Source: a virus (taxonomy: Duplodnaviria; Heunggongvirae; Uroviricota; Caudoviricetes). From it: a stretch of 64,000 bases of DNA. Below the pieces are notes generated by a model, which was given only the letters and a program-made list of their open reading frames with translations, was not told the DNA's origin and made no database searches. Position numbers and translations under genes: made by a program. Shown here in pieces: positions 48,226-57,964 of this stretch; positions within the stretch are counted from its first letter, which is position 1; every line of letters starts with the position of its first letter. The DNA lies in IMG/VR virus record IMGVR_UViG_3300031992_000063, positions 22,390 to 86,389 of that record; one strand, 5' to 3'.

Positions 48226-49518
48226 ATGAGTAATTTAATTTATGAAGTAAACGACAAACCAAAGACAATGAAAGAATATCTAGGATATTCATTTCAGGTT
48301 CTATTTTCTTGTATCACAGCAACACTACTAATTGCGCTAATTTGCGGCACAAATCTTAGTGCGGGTTTAGTCGCCGCAGGTATCTCTACGATTTTCTTTC
48401 TCTGTATCACAAAATTCTCTGCGCCGATTGTTATCTCTAATAGTGGAGCTACTGTTAGTGCTGTTATTGGCGCAATTATGCTATGTAGCGGAGTAGAAAA
48501 GAATTTGCTTGGTGTAATGTTCGGCGGACTCACAATTGCTATTATTTATTGTCTCGCCGCAGTAGCTATTAAAAAATTTGGCATTGGTTGGATAACAAAA
48601 TTAATTACACCAGTAATGTCTGGCGCAATTATTCTTATTATCTCTATTCAACTTGGCTTTTTTATTCCTACTTACGCGCAGGTTAATGGAGTTTATTCTC
48701 CTCTTGGCGTAGGAATTACTTTCCTTAGTATGCTATTTGTACTACTATTTGCTTTTTATGGAAAAGGGTTAATGAAGAGATGGCCTATCCTATTCGGCGT
48801 ACTTTGTAGTTATATTGTTTGTATTATTTTAACTGTTACGAATGTTGCTGATTTAGTTAATCTTAATCACTTTAAAAATATACAACTCTTTATGGTTCCT
48901 GACTTTGCGTTCTTCCACATTAATTTCAATACTTTTGACTGGTCAGTAATGCCACAAATTTTACTCAGCTTTACATTAGTAGCCCTTGGCGCGCTTGCTG
49001 AACACCTTGGCGATATGATTAATGCTTCCAATATTTGTGAAAGAAATTTCTTAGAGACACCTGGCTTACAGAAAACATTAGTCGGCGATGGAATTGGCTC
49101 ATTTATTGGCACAATTATCGGCGCACAACCTAATACCACTTATACAGAAAACCTATCAACTATTCTTATTAGCAAATGTGCTAGTGTCTATGTCACGCTT
49201 CTTGCCGCAATTGAGCTAATTTTACTAGGCTTCTTTGGTCCATTTAATAGTTTTATTCAAGCACTTCCTAATGCTACCTTCGCAGGTGCATCCATTTGCT
49301 GCTATGGTATGATTGGCGCATCAGCTATTAAATTTCTAAAGCAAACCAATATCAATTTTAATAATGAAAAAACTATTTGGATTTTCGCGGTAATGTTGAT
49401 GGTTGGTACTTCTGGTTTATCCATTAACTATCGCTCATTTGGAATTAGCGGCATTTGTCTAGCAATTATTACTGGCATTATTCTTAACTTAATTATTAAG
49501 GAGAAAGAAAATGTATAA
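48226..49518 (+). CDS. Nucleobase permease (NCS2/AzgA-like membrane transporter, 430 aa)
   Basis: About 12 predicted TM helices with NCS2-type glycine-rich segments. Confidence 0.5.
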   Translation: MSNLIYEVNDKPKTMKEYLGYSFQVLFSCITATLLIALICGTNLSAGLVAAGISTIFFLCITKFSAPIVISNSGATVSAVIGAIMLCSGVEKNLLGVMFGGLTIAIIYCLAAVAIKKFGIGWITKLITPVMSGAIILIISIQLGFFIPTYAQVNGVYSPLGVGITFLSMLFVLLFAFYGKGLMKRWPILFGVLCSYIVCIILTVTNVADLVNLNHFKNIQLFMVPDFAFFHINFNTFDWSVMPQILLSFTLVALGALAEHLGDMINASNICERNFLETPGLQKTLVGDGIGSFIGTIIGAQPNTTYTENLSTILISKCASVYVTLLAAIELILLGFFGPFNSFIQALPNATFAGASICCYGMIGASAIKFLKQTNINFNNEKTIWIFAVMLMVGTSGLSINYRSFGISGICLAIITGIILNLIIKEKENV

Positions 49519-49792
49519 CTCTTTATTTGAAATTCAACGCGCATGGCCGCTTGGCACAGTAGTTGCTGAAGAGCCTATATTTCAGCGCTTCTATTGTGCT
49601 GATGAGATTACATTTAATAAAATTAAAGAATGGTTTAATGGCGATGAAGTAAAACAAACTTCTCCACATCATGTCACGGTTACACGATTATCAAAAAAAA
49701 CTATAGAAGGATATCTGTATAATGGCGAACAATGGTTTCCTATGACACAAAATGGTACGGAATGGTCTATTTATATACCAGAGGAGTTTTAA
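49511..49792 (+). CDS. Hypothetical protein (93 aa)
   Basis: ORF track entry. Confidence 0.5.
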   Translation: MYNSLFEIQRAWPLGTVVAEEPIFQRFYCADEITFNKIKEWFNGDEVKQTSPHHVTVTRLSKKTIEGYLYNGEQWFPMTQNGTEWSIYIPEEF

Positions 49793-49794
49793 TA

Positions 49795-50004
49795 ATGTGC
49801 GGATTTGGTAATAGAACCTGTGGAATATGTGCTAATGCCAATGGTTGCCTTGCTTCCATGAATGACGACTATTTCTGCCTCGCTTCTAAACAAGAAGTAC
49901 AAAAGCGTTTAGAAGAAGGCCACTATGCTGATGATACATTGATTATGAAACAATATTTAGAAATTCCGGATGATTATATTAAATCATGTATGGCATGGGC
50001 ATAA
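49795..50004 (+). CDS. Cys-rich hypothetical protein (69 aa)
   Basis: Internal ATG of ORF 49732..50004, placed right after the upstream stop. MCGFGNRTCGICANANGC. Confidence 0.4.
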   Translation: MCGFGNRTCGICANANGCLASMNDDYFCLASKQEVQKRLEEGHYADDTLIMKQYLEIPDDYIKSCMAWA

Positions 50005-50006
50005 AT

Positions 50007-50040
50007 AGTAGGAGCTCAAACAATTGAGCTCCTATTATTT
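50007..50040 (+). terminator. Rho-independent terminator
   Basis: AGGAGCTC-AAACAATT-GAGCTCCT followed by ATTATTTG. Confidence 0.55.
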
Positions 50041-50066
50041 GACTTTTTCTAAAATTATGTTATAAT
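50038..50066 (+). promoter_or_regulatory. Consensus promoter (TTGACT-17-TGtTATAAT)
   Basis: Promoter family member. Confidence 0.55.
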
Positions 50067-50090
50067 AATTATAGAAAAAAGGAAAGGAGA

Positions 50091-50426
50091 ATGAAAATGG
50101 GTTTGGATATTTATATTTTCAAAGCTCGTACCAAGAAAGCATTTGAGGCCGATAATTGGTATAATTCCGATGCAGTACAAGAAGTATATTATGCTAGAAA
50201 ATTCTGGGACCTTCTAAGCGCAGCGTCATTCATTGATATAAATAATGATTGCGGCGAATATCTTGAACTTTCGCGCGAAAATGTTGAAGAACTGATTGAA
50301 ATTGCTACCCATAATGAAGATTATTTTGGTGGCTTTGAGACAGTACCTCGCTTATGCGAGATTCTGCGAGATTTTGAAGAAACCGAAGAAAACGGCTATC
50401 ATTATTATATGGAGTTTGATTACTAA
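50091..50426 (+). CDS. Hypothetical protein (111 aa)
   Basis: ORF track entry. RBS AAGGAGA. Confidence 0.5.
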   Translation: MKMGLDIYIFKARTKKAFEADNWYNSDAVQEVYYARKFWDLLSAASFIDINNDCGEYLELSRENVEELIEIATHNEDYFGGFETVPRLCEILRDFEETEENGYHYYMEFDY

Positions 50427-50905
50427 TGACATTTAAAGATTGTGCTAAATATTATCCCCTTGATTATACTTATGTTGGAGATTATAGTTTAAACGAAACT
50501 TATACGAAGGACCAGCTTGATTCAGATACGATTGCTGAGGCGCTTGAATGGAATGATGAGAGCGCAATCCCGTTTATCGTATATGATGCTGCCACACAAA
50601 AATTTGAGAATTGGTATTATGCTTTTTGGTGTGTAAAAGGTTATCTTAATGAAACCTATGAAATGGATGGATTTTATCCAGCAACGAATAGTGAGTCTTT
50701 TGGATGGGAAAAAGTAGACCCAAATAGCATTATTTACGCACCAGACGATGAACTCGCAAATGAATTGGGCTTCGGGCCGGATATGGGAAAAAATGATGAT
50801 TTTCGGCGCGAACAGGTTGCGTATGGATTTGATGTAGAAGCTTATACAAACGGAACCATCTTTACTACTCGTGAAAAACTAGAAAAATTTTTAAGTGAAG
50901 AATAA
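50426..50905 (+). CDS. Hypothetical acidic protein (159 aa)
   Basis: ORF track entry. Confidence 0.5.
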   Translation: MTFKDCAKYYPLDYTYVGDYSLNETYTKDQLDSDTIAEALEWNDESAIPFIVYDAATQKFENWYYAFWCVKGYLNETYEMDGFYPATNSESFGWEKVDPNSIIYAPDDELANELGFGPDMGKNDDFRREQVAYGFDVEAYTNGTIFTTREKLEKFLSEE

Positions 50906-50977
50906 TTTTATATTACCTATTCTATAAGAGTAGGTAATTTACTATACCCAAGTTTATGCCAATGAGGCAGGTAGAAA

Positions 50978-51199
50978 ATGACAAGAGATATTATAAATGA
51001 ATTTGAGCTATTTATTTATCAGCAAGGATGGACGCAAACTGACGCGGCAGAGAAAATCGGGTGTTCACAAGAACATTTAAGTAGGATTTTTCGTAGATTA
51101 AGAAATCCATCAGCAAAATTACTAGATAGAATGGAAATATTACTAGAGGAGCAACGATATGGCGAATTACGCAAATCAAAAAAGGATGGATATTCTTAA
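50978..51199 (+). CDS. Helix-turn-helix transcriptional regulator (73 aa)
   Basis: ...WTQTDAAEKIGCSQEHLSRIFRR... (XRE-like). Confidence 0.55.
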   Translation: MTRDIINEFELFIYQQGWTQTDAAEKIGCSQEHLSRIFRRLRNPSAKLLDRMEILLEEQRYGELRKSKKDGYS

Positions 51200-51521
51200 T
51201 GCGGATTTGTTAGAGCATAAGAAAAATACAGAAACGGACGGGTATTATTATCCTATGGATTATAAATATATAGATGCCGCCGCGTCAGAATTGAATGGCA
51301 ATGCCTTTAAGATTTGGCTTTATTTACTCCGATGGCGAAATAAAGGATATGTATTTTTCTCTCCCGCAGCAATTGAACATGCTATGGGTATCAAAAAGTC
51401 TAGTGTCAGCGACTCTGTCGCAGAACTTAAAAGAAAAGGAGTTATAATAGAAGATGCTGAGAGCCCGAATAAATTATATTTTAATGCCGTGCCTGATACA
51501 TGGCGCCAAAAATATGATTAA
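51159..51521 (+). CDS. Replication initiator-like winged-helix protein (120 aa)
   Basis: Winged-helix-type segment. Placed immediately upstream of the iteron array. Confidence 0.4.
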   Translation: MANYANQKRMDILNADLLEHKKNTETDGYYYPMDYKYIDAAASELNGNAFKIWLYLLRWRNKGYVFFSPAAIEHAMGIKKSSVSDSVAELKRKGVIIEDAESPNKLYFNAVPDTWRQKYD

Positions 51522-51524
51522 CGA

Positions 51525-51665
51525 TTTTCGTACCATTCATTCCGAAAATCGTACCATTCACTTTTATTGATACGAAAATCGTACCATTCGCGTCCGAAAA
51601 CCGTACCAATCAGTACGAAAACCGTTCCATTCGTCCGAAAATCGTACCAATGGTCCGAAAAACCT
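51525..51665 (+). repeat. Iteron array: about 6 direct repeats of about 19-21 nt, (C/A)CGAAAA(T/C)CGTACCA(T/A)T(C/G)
   Basis: ccgaaaatcgtaccattca / acgaaaatcgtaccattcg / ccgaaaaccgtaccaatca / acgaaaaccgttccattcg / ccgaaaatcgtaccaatgg / ccgaaaaacc. Confidence 0.6.
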
Positions 51666-51740
51666 GGGAGTAATATTAATATATAATTAATATATAAATA
51701 ATAAAAATAATAATATTTAAATAATGATATGGCGCTGCGC
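51666..51740 (+). other. AT-rich DNA-unwinding element adjacent to the iterons; together a candidate origin of replication
   Basis: taatattaatatataattaatatataaataataaaaataataatatttaaataatgatat. Confidence 0.5.
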
Positions 51741-51891
51741 GCAGAGGAGAACAATATGTGCCAAATTATAACAACTGGTTTTTGCCCTTACGCAGATAAT
51801 GAAGAAGGAATAACATGCGATGATTGTCCGTGGTCTGAGCCTGATAAGGAAACCGAATTTTTTAAAAAATATTTTGAGGAGCTAGAAAAAT

Positions 51892-52185
51892 ATGCTAGAA
51901 AAAATTAAAGCATGGCTTATTCATAAATTAGGTGGATATACATATAAATATACAATTGAGCCAAAGGTAATACATTCAACTTATCCAATTAAATTGTGTA
52001 AAACAATAATTACATATAGAGATGATTATCCTTTAACAGAAATTGAACTGGCGCACCAAGCCGCCATACAGATTGCGGATGCTATTATACGGGACCGCCT
52101 CTACGAATATGAAGAAGAAACTGATATGCTCCGTGAAGGAATGCATGTACGCCACTATACAGTTTATATCGCAGCTAAACATTGA
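51892..52185 (+). CDS. Hypothetical protein (97 aa)
   Basis: ORF track entry. A 49-aa Cys-rich ORF, 51757..51906, precedes it. Confidence 0.45.
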   Translation: MLEKIKAWLIHKLGGYTYKYTIEPKVIHSTYPIKLCKTIITYRDDYPLTEIELAHQAAIQIADAIIRDRLYEYEEETDMLREGMHVRHYTVYIAAKH

Positions 52186-52210
52186 CTTTTAATTTAAATT
52201 GAAGTATAAT
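52183..52210 (+). promoter_or_regulatory. Consensus promoter (TTGACT-16-TATAAT)
   Basis: Promoter family member. Confidence 0.55.
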
Positions 52211-52240
52211 ATAAAAAAGAGGAAAGAGGATAAAGTAGAA

Positions 52241-52516
52241 ATGATTGATCGTGAGAAAGTTATTAAAGGGTTGGAGTCTTGTGCAAAATGGATGGGAGAA
52301 AATGATGATAATGCTTGTAATAGTTGCCCTTATCATCATAGTCACTTCAGTTATGATGACAATAATTGTATTGCCATAGTTAATAATGATGCTATTACCC
52401 TACTGAAAGAACAGAAAACCTCGCGAAGCAATATTTCCAAAAAGCAGATGGAAGGTTGGTTGAAAGATAGACAGTATAGCGAATGGGCTAATAGAGCACA
52501 TGAGATGGGTGTATGA
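52241..52516 (+). CDS. Cys/His-rich hypothetical protein (about 91 aa)
   Basis: ATG 52241 downstream of the promoter. The ORF track start at 52199 precedes the transcription start. Confidence 0.45.
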   Translation: MIDREKVIKGLESCAKWMGENDDNACNSCPYHHSHFSYDDNNCIAIVNNDAITLLKEQKTSRSNISKKQMEGWLKDRQYSEWANRAHEMGV

Positions 52517-52525
52517 GGAAGTGAA

Positions 52526-52834
52526 ATGGGAATGAGTGCAACAGAGAATGTTATCAATGATTTGAACACGGCAAAATTCATATTGGGCAATACGCAGATA
52601 ACACTTACTCGAGAACTACGCATCAGAATTGGGCAGGCTATAAATAGCGCCATTGATTTGCTGGAAGAGCAGAAACCTGTTGAGCCAATAGATATTATAG
52701 ATGAAAAATATCCTGTAGGAGATAGCAATAGATATAAAGGATATCGTTGCGGTAAATGCCAAGAAATTATTTCATGGGATGCTAATTACTGCCCCTATTG
52801 CGGGAGAAAGGTGAAGTGGGAATGCGCGAACTAA
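52526..52834 (+). CDS. Zinc-ribbon protein (102 aa)
   Basis: CGKCQ...CPYCGRK. Confidence 0.45.
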   Translation: MGMSATENVINDLNTAKFILGNTQITLTRELRIRIGQAINSAIDLLEEQKPVEPIDIIDEKYPVGDSNRYKGYRCGKCQEIISWDANYCPYCGRKVKWECAN

Positions 52835-53121
52835 TTTATCGAGATGACTGCGACCTCAATGCGCCATCACTGGATAGAGATGGTATGATACGCGACCTAA
52901 TGAATGAATATTCTTTAAATTGGGACGAATGCGATGAAGAAAAAGTCTTTGAGTTCGCAAAAGAACTTATGGAGAAAGCACAAAATATAATTGATACTGC
53001 ACCAACAATCGCTACTGATGAAGTTATGGCATATAAATGCCCTGAATGTAGAGTGGTAAGTATCTTATATAATCCAGAGTATGAATCATACTGCCCGAAT
53101 TGCGACATAAGGAGAAGATAA
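52798..53121 (+). CDS. Zinc-ribbon protein (107 aa)
   Basis: CPECR...CPNCD. Confidence 0.45.
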   Translation: MREKGEVGMRELIYRDDCDLNAPSLDRDGMIRDLMNEYSLNWDECDEEKVFEFAKELMEKAQNIIDTAPTIATDEVMAYKCPECRVVSILYNPEYESYCPNCDIRRR

Positions 53122-53459
53122 TGGAAATATTAGTTGATTATGGTCCTGTTACGGAAGCAGGAATATTAGGAATATTAATAATAGCTATAGCTACCTTTAC
53201 ATTTATGATTGGTCTTGCGGGAATGTTTTTTGAACACGAAAAAGTTGGAATTATTTGTTTATCAATATTTATAATACTTGTAGTAGTTGGTATTACTTTT
53301 AAAACGAATCTATATGAAATTCCTACAGGTAAATATAAATACATAGTAGAAATTACAGATGAAAATAAATACAAAGAATTAGTACAAAAAGATTATACAT
53401 TCGTACGCGTGTATGATAATAGAGAGATTTATACAATTGTAGGAGATGAACTTAAATGA
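53100..53459 (+). CDS. Two-TM membrane protein (119 aa)
   Basis: ORF track entry. Hydrophobic N-terminal half. Confidence 0.5.
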   Translation: MRHKEKIMEILVDYGPVTEAGILGILIIAIATFTFMIGLAGMFFEHEKVGIICLSIFIILVVVGITFKTNLYEIPTGKYKYIVEITDENKYKELVQKDYTFVRVYDNREIYTIVGDELK

Positions 53460-53746
53460 AAGTAATTGCTAGACCACTTGGAACTGGTAAAACACGAGAA
53501 CTAATGGAAGCCGCCATTGAAGCCGATGGTATGATTCTAACAACCAATAAGCGAGCTTTGGCCGCAAAAGCGCAGGCATACGGCTTTGACTCTTTAGACA
53601 TTATTGACCTAGCAGATGTACTTTATGGTAATTTTGACCCAGAAAAACCTCTATTTATTCATAAACTAGAAGATGTAGCAGAAGAATATATTTCAAAGGA
53701 CTTTAACCTAAAACTTGCTGGCTTTAGCATTAGAATGGGAGAATAA
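53456..53746 (+). CDS. Hypothetical protein (96 aa)
   Basis: ORF track entry. Confidence 0.5.
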   Translation: MKVIARPLGTGKTRELMEAAIEADGMILTTNKRALAAKAQAYGFDSLDIIDLADVLYGNFDPEKPLFIHKLEDVAEEYISKDFNLKLAGFSIRMGE

Positions 53747-53747
53747 T

Positions 53748-54116
53748 ATGTACGATTATAGAAGAGCAATAACTAACGATATTAAAGAATATATTAATGA
53801 TAATCAGATGTTCCAAGAACCAGATGAAACATATGATGACTACATTCAGCGGCTTGAAGAAGACCTCTGGGATGTAGATGAGATTACTGGTAATGGTCCG
53901 TTCTACTATGCTTCCGAAGAAGAATGCGAAGATTATGTAGGACATGGACTTAGATACCTTGTTGAAGTGCTAACAGATTGGGATTTAGAACTGGCAAAGA
54001 ATGAGAATTTTCATGGTGCGCCCGCGCGCTATCTAGACTGTTTAATTAGATGTTATCTTCTTTATGAATGTATTGAAAAGGCGGTGAATGAACTTGGATA
54101 CACCTTTGAAATATAA
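53748..54116 (+). CDS. Hypothetical acidic protein (about 122 aa)
   Basis: ATG with RBS GGGAGAATAAT. Internal start of ORF 53715. Confidence 0.45.
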   Translation: MYDYRRAITNDIKEYINDNQMFQEPDETYDDYIQRLEEDLWDVDEITGNGPFYYASEEECEDYVGHGLRYLVEVLTDWDLELAKNENFHGAPARYLDCLIRCYLLYECIEKAVNELGYTFEI

Positions 54117-54264
54117 TTTAGAACTTGAAAAAGACAAAAGATGTTGGCTTTATAAATATGGATGCCCATGTCGTACCGCAGTATGCTGGGGATTACCTGA
54201 CGACGGATGCCCAGTATATGAGTGGTTTAAGCAAGTCATTGAATATCAGAAGCAATTAAGTAAT

Positions 54265-54292
54265 TGACTTTTAATAAAATTATGATATAATA
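54265..54292 (+). promoter_or_regulatory. Consensus promoter (TTGACT-16-TGaTATAAT)
   Basis: Promoter family member. Confidence 0.55.
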
Positions 54293-54323
54293 TATGTATA
54301 AGAAAAAGGAAAGGAGTGAGTAA

Positions 54324-56189
54324 ATGTCCCAGTCATATGATATTAACTCTATTCAAAGTTTAGACTTCCGCGAAGGTGTCCGTACTAGAATTCAGATGTA
54401 TCTTGGAAGCGATGATAACGAAGGAACTTATCAGGCATTAAAAGAGATTATCAATAACAGTACTGATGAAGCGCTTGCGGGATATGGCAAAAAGATAATA
54501 ATTACTTTAGAGCCCGCCACTAACGGTATCAGCGTTAGAGATTATGGGCGCGGAGTTCCATTCGGTATTAGAGAAGATGGAGAGAACGTACTTGTCTCTA
54601 TCTTTACTAAATCACATACTGGCGGCAAGTTCTCACATGATGCTTATAAGAATGCTTCAGGATTAAATGGAATTGGCGGTTCGTGCGTTTGTCTTTCCTC
54701 TACACGATTTGAAGTTACTAGTATTCGTGATGGAGCAAAGGCAACAGCAACCTTCAATAAAGGGATTTTGGATAGTTATGAAGAAAGAAAAGTGAGTGGT
54801 CTAAAAAATGGCACTTATATTTTCTTCATTCCAGACCCTGAAGTATTCTCAAATGGTCCAATTGGTTATGATTTTAACCGAATCTGTCAGGATATTAAAG
54901 ATATTTCATATCTTTATCCAGGCATTGAATTTATAGTATCAAATGAAAATGATGAGAAAACTTATTGCGCGAAAAATGGTATTATTGATTTTGTCGCTGA
55001 GAATGTAAAAAAGCCGCTTCAAAAAAGTATTATTACAGGTTCGGCGACAGATGGTACCGACAGTTTGGAGATTGCTTTTCAATGGGGCACGAAGCATGAA
55101 ACCAGTTATGTTTTTGTCAACGGTCTTAGATGTCCCGAGGGTGGTAGTCCAATTACTGGTGCGAGAAGCGCAATCACCAAGACATTCAATACACTTGCGA
55201 ATGCCTCCTTTGATGGTGAATATATTCGTAAGAATCTATTTTATGTAATTAATTGTAAAGTAGAAAATCCATCTTTTGCGAATCAGACCAAGTCTAAAAT
55301 CAATAACGCCTCATTACGAACCTTAGCTTCAACCGCATTCTCCAACGCGCTTAAAGATATGGCAACTCAGCATTCAAATGAATTTAATGCGATTGTAGAA
55401 ATGCTTCGTAAAATTGAGAAGGCGGAAGCCGCCGCGACAAAAGCAAGAGATGCCATTCTTAATATGGAGAAAAAGGAAACCGAACAGCGTAAGCGTAAGG
55501 TTACTTCTTCAGATAAATATAAGGATTGTGAAAAGCACTGTCAAGATTCAATGCTAATTATTTGTGAAGGTAATTCCGCATTAGGTGGCCTGATGCCCGC
55601 GCGTGATGTTAAGACAGAAGCATTATATGCTGTGCGCGGTAAGGTTAAAAACTTGATGAAGCATCCGCTAGATGAATGCCTGGAAAATCAGGAAGTCTCT
55701 GATATCATTATGGCGCTTGGATGCGGCATTCAGGAAAGGTATAGTAGTAAGAAACTTAATTATGGAAAAGTCGCGATTGCGGTTGACGCAGACGTTGACG
55801 GCTATAATATTATGTGCCTTATTACAACTCTCTTCTATGTCCTAATGCCGAAATTCATTGAAGAAGGAAGACTTGGTTGGCTGCGGGCGCCCCTTTACAG
55901 ATTGAGTAAAGGAAAGCAGCATGTATATGCGTATGATGAGGATGAGCTTACAGAATTAAGAAAAACTCATGCTGGATGGGAGCAATCAAGATACAAAGGA
56001 TTGGGGGAGATGCGCGCTGAGGATATGGAGGAGTCTATGCTTCATCCGAAAAATAGGCGGCTGGATATTCTTACAATTGGCGATGCTGAAGCTGCGGCAG
56101 ATTGTTTACAAATGTTGATGGGCACGGAAGTTGAAGGGCGCCGAGACTTCTTATTTGAGAACGTGGATTTTAGTATTTTGAATAATTAA
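54324..56189 (+). CDS. Type II DNA topoisomerase, ATPase plus TOPRIM subunit (GyrB/ParE-like; T4 gp39/gp60-like), 621 aa
   Basis: GHKL ...INNSTDEALAGYGKKIIITLEP...VRDYGRGVP... and TOPRIM ...MLIICEGNSALGG... Confidence 0.75.
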   Translation: MSQSYDINSIQSLDFREGVRTRIQMYLGSDDNEGTYQALKEIINNSTDEALAGYGKKIIITLEPATNGISVRDYGRGVPFGIREDGENVLVSIFTKSHTGGKFSHDAYKNASGLNGIGGSCVCLSSTRFEVTSIRDGAKATATFNKGILDSYEERKVSGLKNGTYIFFIPDPEVFSNGPIGYDFNRICQDIKDISYLYPGIEFIVSNENDEKTYCAKNGIIDFVAENVKKPLQKSIITGSATDGTDSLEIAFQWGTKHETSYVFVNGLRCPEGGSPITGARSAITKTFNTLANASFDGEYIRKNLFYVINCKVENPSFANQTKSKINNASLRTLASTAFSNALKDMATQHSNEFNAIVEMLRKIEKAEAAATKARDAILNMEKKETEQRKRKVTSSDKYKDCEKHCQDSMLIICEGNSALGGLMPARDVKTEALYAVRGKVKNLMKHPLDECLENQEVSDIIMALGCGIQERYSSKKLNYGKVAIAVDADVDGYNIMCLITTLFYVLMPKFIEEGRLGWLRAPLYRLSKGKQHVYAYDEDELTELRKTHAGWEQSRYKGLGEMRAEDMEESMLHPKNRRLDILTIGDAEAAADCLQMLMGTEVEGRRDFLFENVDFSILNN

Positions 56190-56208
56190 ATTTTTATGGA
56201 GATAAAAT

Positions 56209-56724
56209 ATGAAAACTGGACTTTGCGGATTATATAGATTTAAAAATAAGCAAGGTGAAATTATTTATATTGGTAAGGCTGATGATATTCATAAACGATT
56301 AAAAGGGCATAAACATCTTGAACCAGAACAATATCAAGAGGTATCAACTATTGAATATGCTATAGTTAATAATAAAGCAGATAGAGATATTATAGAGACT
56401 ATGTTAATTTCACAAATTAATCCCAAATATAATACAACACAAAAGTATACAGAACAAGCAAGTTTAATAATAGATGGAGAGATAATGCTTTTATGGCAAA
56501 AAGTTGATCCCAAAGAATATAATTTTCAAGCAAAGAAAAAAGAACATAGAGGCACAGGAGTACAAGGTCGTCCACGTATAGAAGTACCACCATTATTTTA
56601 CGAGTTATATCCTAAATGGAAAAATGGTGAAATAACAGCCACTGCTATGGCAAAAGAAGTTGGTTTAACTCACTGTACATTTTATCGTCGTGTAAAAGAA
56701 TATGAAGCTACTTTAAATAAGTAA
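56209..56724 (+). CDS. GIY-YIG nuclease with C-terminal HTH (171 aa), AT-rich, no TAG
   Basis: GLYRFKNKQGEIIYIGKADDIHKRLKGH...ETMLISQINPKYNT. C-terminal ...ITATAMAKEVGLTHCTFYRRVKEY. Confidence 0.65.
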   Translation: MKTGLCGLYRFKNKQGEIIYIGKADDIHKRLKGHKHLEPEQYQEVSTIEYAIVNNKADRDIIETMLISQINPKYNTTQKYTEQASLIIDGEIMLLWQKVDPKEYNFQAKKKEHRGTGVQGRPRIEVPPLFYELYPKWKNGEITATAMAKEVGLTHCTFYRRVKEYEATLNK

Positions 56725-56758
56725 GAAGTTCCCTTATTTAAGAATATGAATTTTAGTA

Positions 56759-57928
56759 TTGAGAATAATTAAGATGGATAATAAATATTACGTTTACAAA
56801 TATTATATTAATGACCAATTATTATATGTAGGACGAACTAATAACTTTATAGAACGATTTAAACAGCATTTGCGGGAAAATTCAGAATATAATAAAGTAA
56901 CTAGAATTGATATAGCCACTTTTGATTTAGATGGCGATATGATGTTATATGAAAAATATTATATTACGAAATTTCATCCGCCTTTAAATAAGAAGGATAT
57001 GCAATTTTCTAGTCCATCTTTTAAATTACCTGAACCTGAATGGATAAGTTATACTAGAGAAGAATTTGATAATATTTCCTCTCAATATAAAAAAAATAAC
57101 TATGGAAAACTCGTAGAAAACAAAATTAAATTATCAAAAATTATTCTCCCAGATAATACAGTTAAAATTCCTGGTAATATCCCGTTATCTTGGTTTAAAC
57201 AGTTTGATATGAATACACAAGTATTTAATTATAATGAAAAATATAGTATTTATTTTACAAGTGCCTATGATACTGCTACACCAAAAGAACAGAAAAAGAT
57301 GTATAAATGGGATAAAAATGAGATAATTAATTACTGGTGTTTAATAGCAGAAAATAAATTAGATAAAATTCCTTATATTAAAGATTATCCATATGATGCT
57401 CCAACATTAAATTTAACAATTAAAAAAAATAATTCTGACATAATGTATTGTTCTTTAGATTGGTTCAGAATCACTTTGGATAAAAATCAAGGATTTTATT
57501 ATTTTGGGCCATATTTTAAAAATAAAATTATTAGTGAAGATGGTATATTTAATATTGAAAAAGAAATTCAAGAGTATGAAATAATAGAACTATTTCATAC
57601 ACCAACAGTATCAAAAGTTTTAAAAGATGCATTGGGTAATGATGAGATTGAAGTAAAAAAAATTCTTTCTTGGAATATATTATATGTATCGTATAAAAAC
57701 AATATAATAGATACTGCCATTATTAAAATAAATTTCTTATCTACTGAAGATGATGAAACAATATTTGAAAATAATTTATTAATTATTAATCAAGAAGAGA
57801 TTTCAGATTCCGATCATATGATAGCACAAAATTATGCTCCTTGTGGTGTTTTAAGAAAATATAAAAATACTTTTATTCGTGATAAATATTTTGAAAAACT
57901 ATTAATTGACAATTCTCTAAATTTATGA
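56759..57928 (+). CDS. GIY-YIG domain protein (389 aa), very AT-rich
   Basis: YVYKYYINDQLLYVGRTNNFIERFKQH...EKYYITKFHPPLNKKD. Confidence 0.6.
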   Translation: MRIIKMDNKYYVYKYYINDQLLYVGRTNNFIERFKQHLRENSEYNKVTRIDIATFDLDGDMMLYEKYYITKFHPPLNKKDMQFSSPSFKLPEPEWISYTREEFDNISSQYKKNNYGKLVENKIKLSKIILPDNTVKIPGNIPLSWFKQFDMNTQVFNYNEKYSIYFTSAYDTATPKEQKKMYKWDKNEIINYWCLIAENKLDKIPYIKDYPYDAPTLNLTIKKNNSDIMYCSLDWFRITLDKNQGFYYFGPYFKNKIISEDGIFNIEKEIQEYEIIELFHTPTVSKVLKDALGNDEIEVKKILSWNILYVSYKNNIIDTAIIKINFLSTEDDETIFENNLLIINQEEISDSDHMIAQNYAPCGVLRKYKNTFIRDKYFEKLLIDNSLNL

Positions 57929-57934
57929 TATAAT
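57906..57934 (+). promoter_or_regulatory. Consensus promoter (TTGACA-17-TGaTATAAT)
   Basis: Promoter family member. Followed by the ATAGAAAGTGAGAAAG leader. Confidence 0.55.
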
Positions 57935-57964
57935 AAATATAGAAAGTGAGAAAGAATAATATTT

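Noticed and set aside
51525-51665. Possible CRISPR array, given regularly spaced direct repeats.
   Set aside because: The repeats are about 19-21 nt and nearly contiguous, with no unique spacers of uniform length. They are degenerate, and they sit beside an initiator-like gene and an AT-rich tract. These are iterons, not CRISPR. No CRISPR array was seen anywhere in the window.
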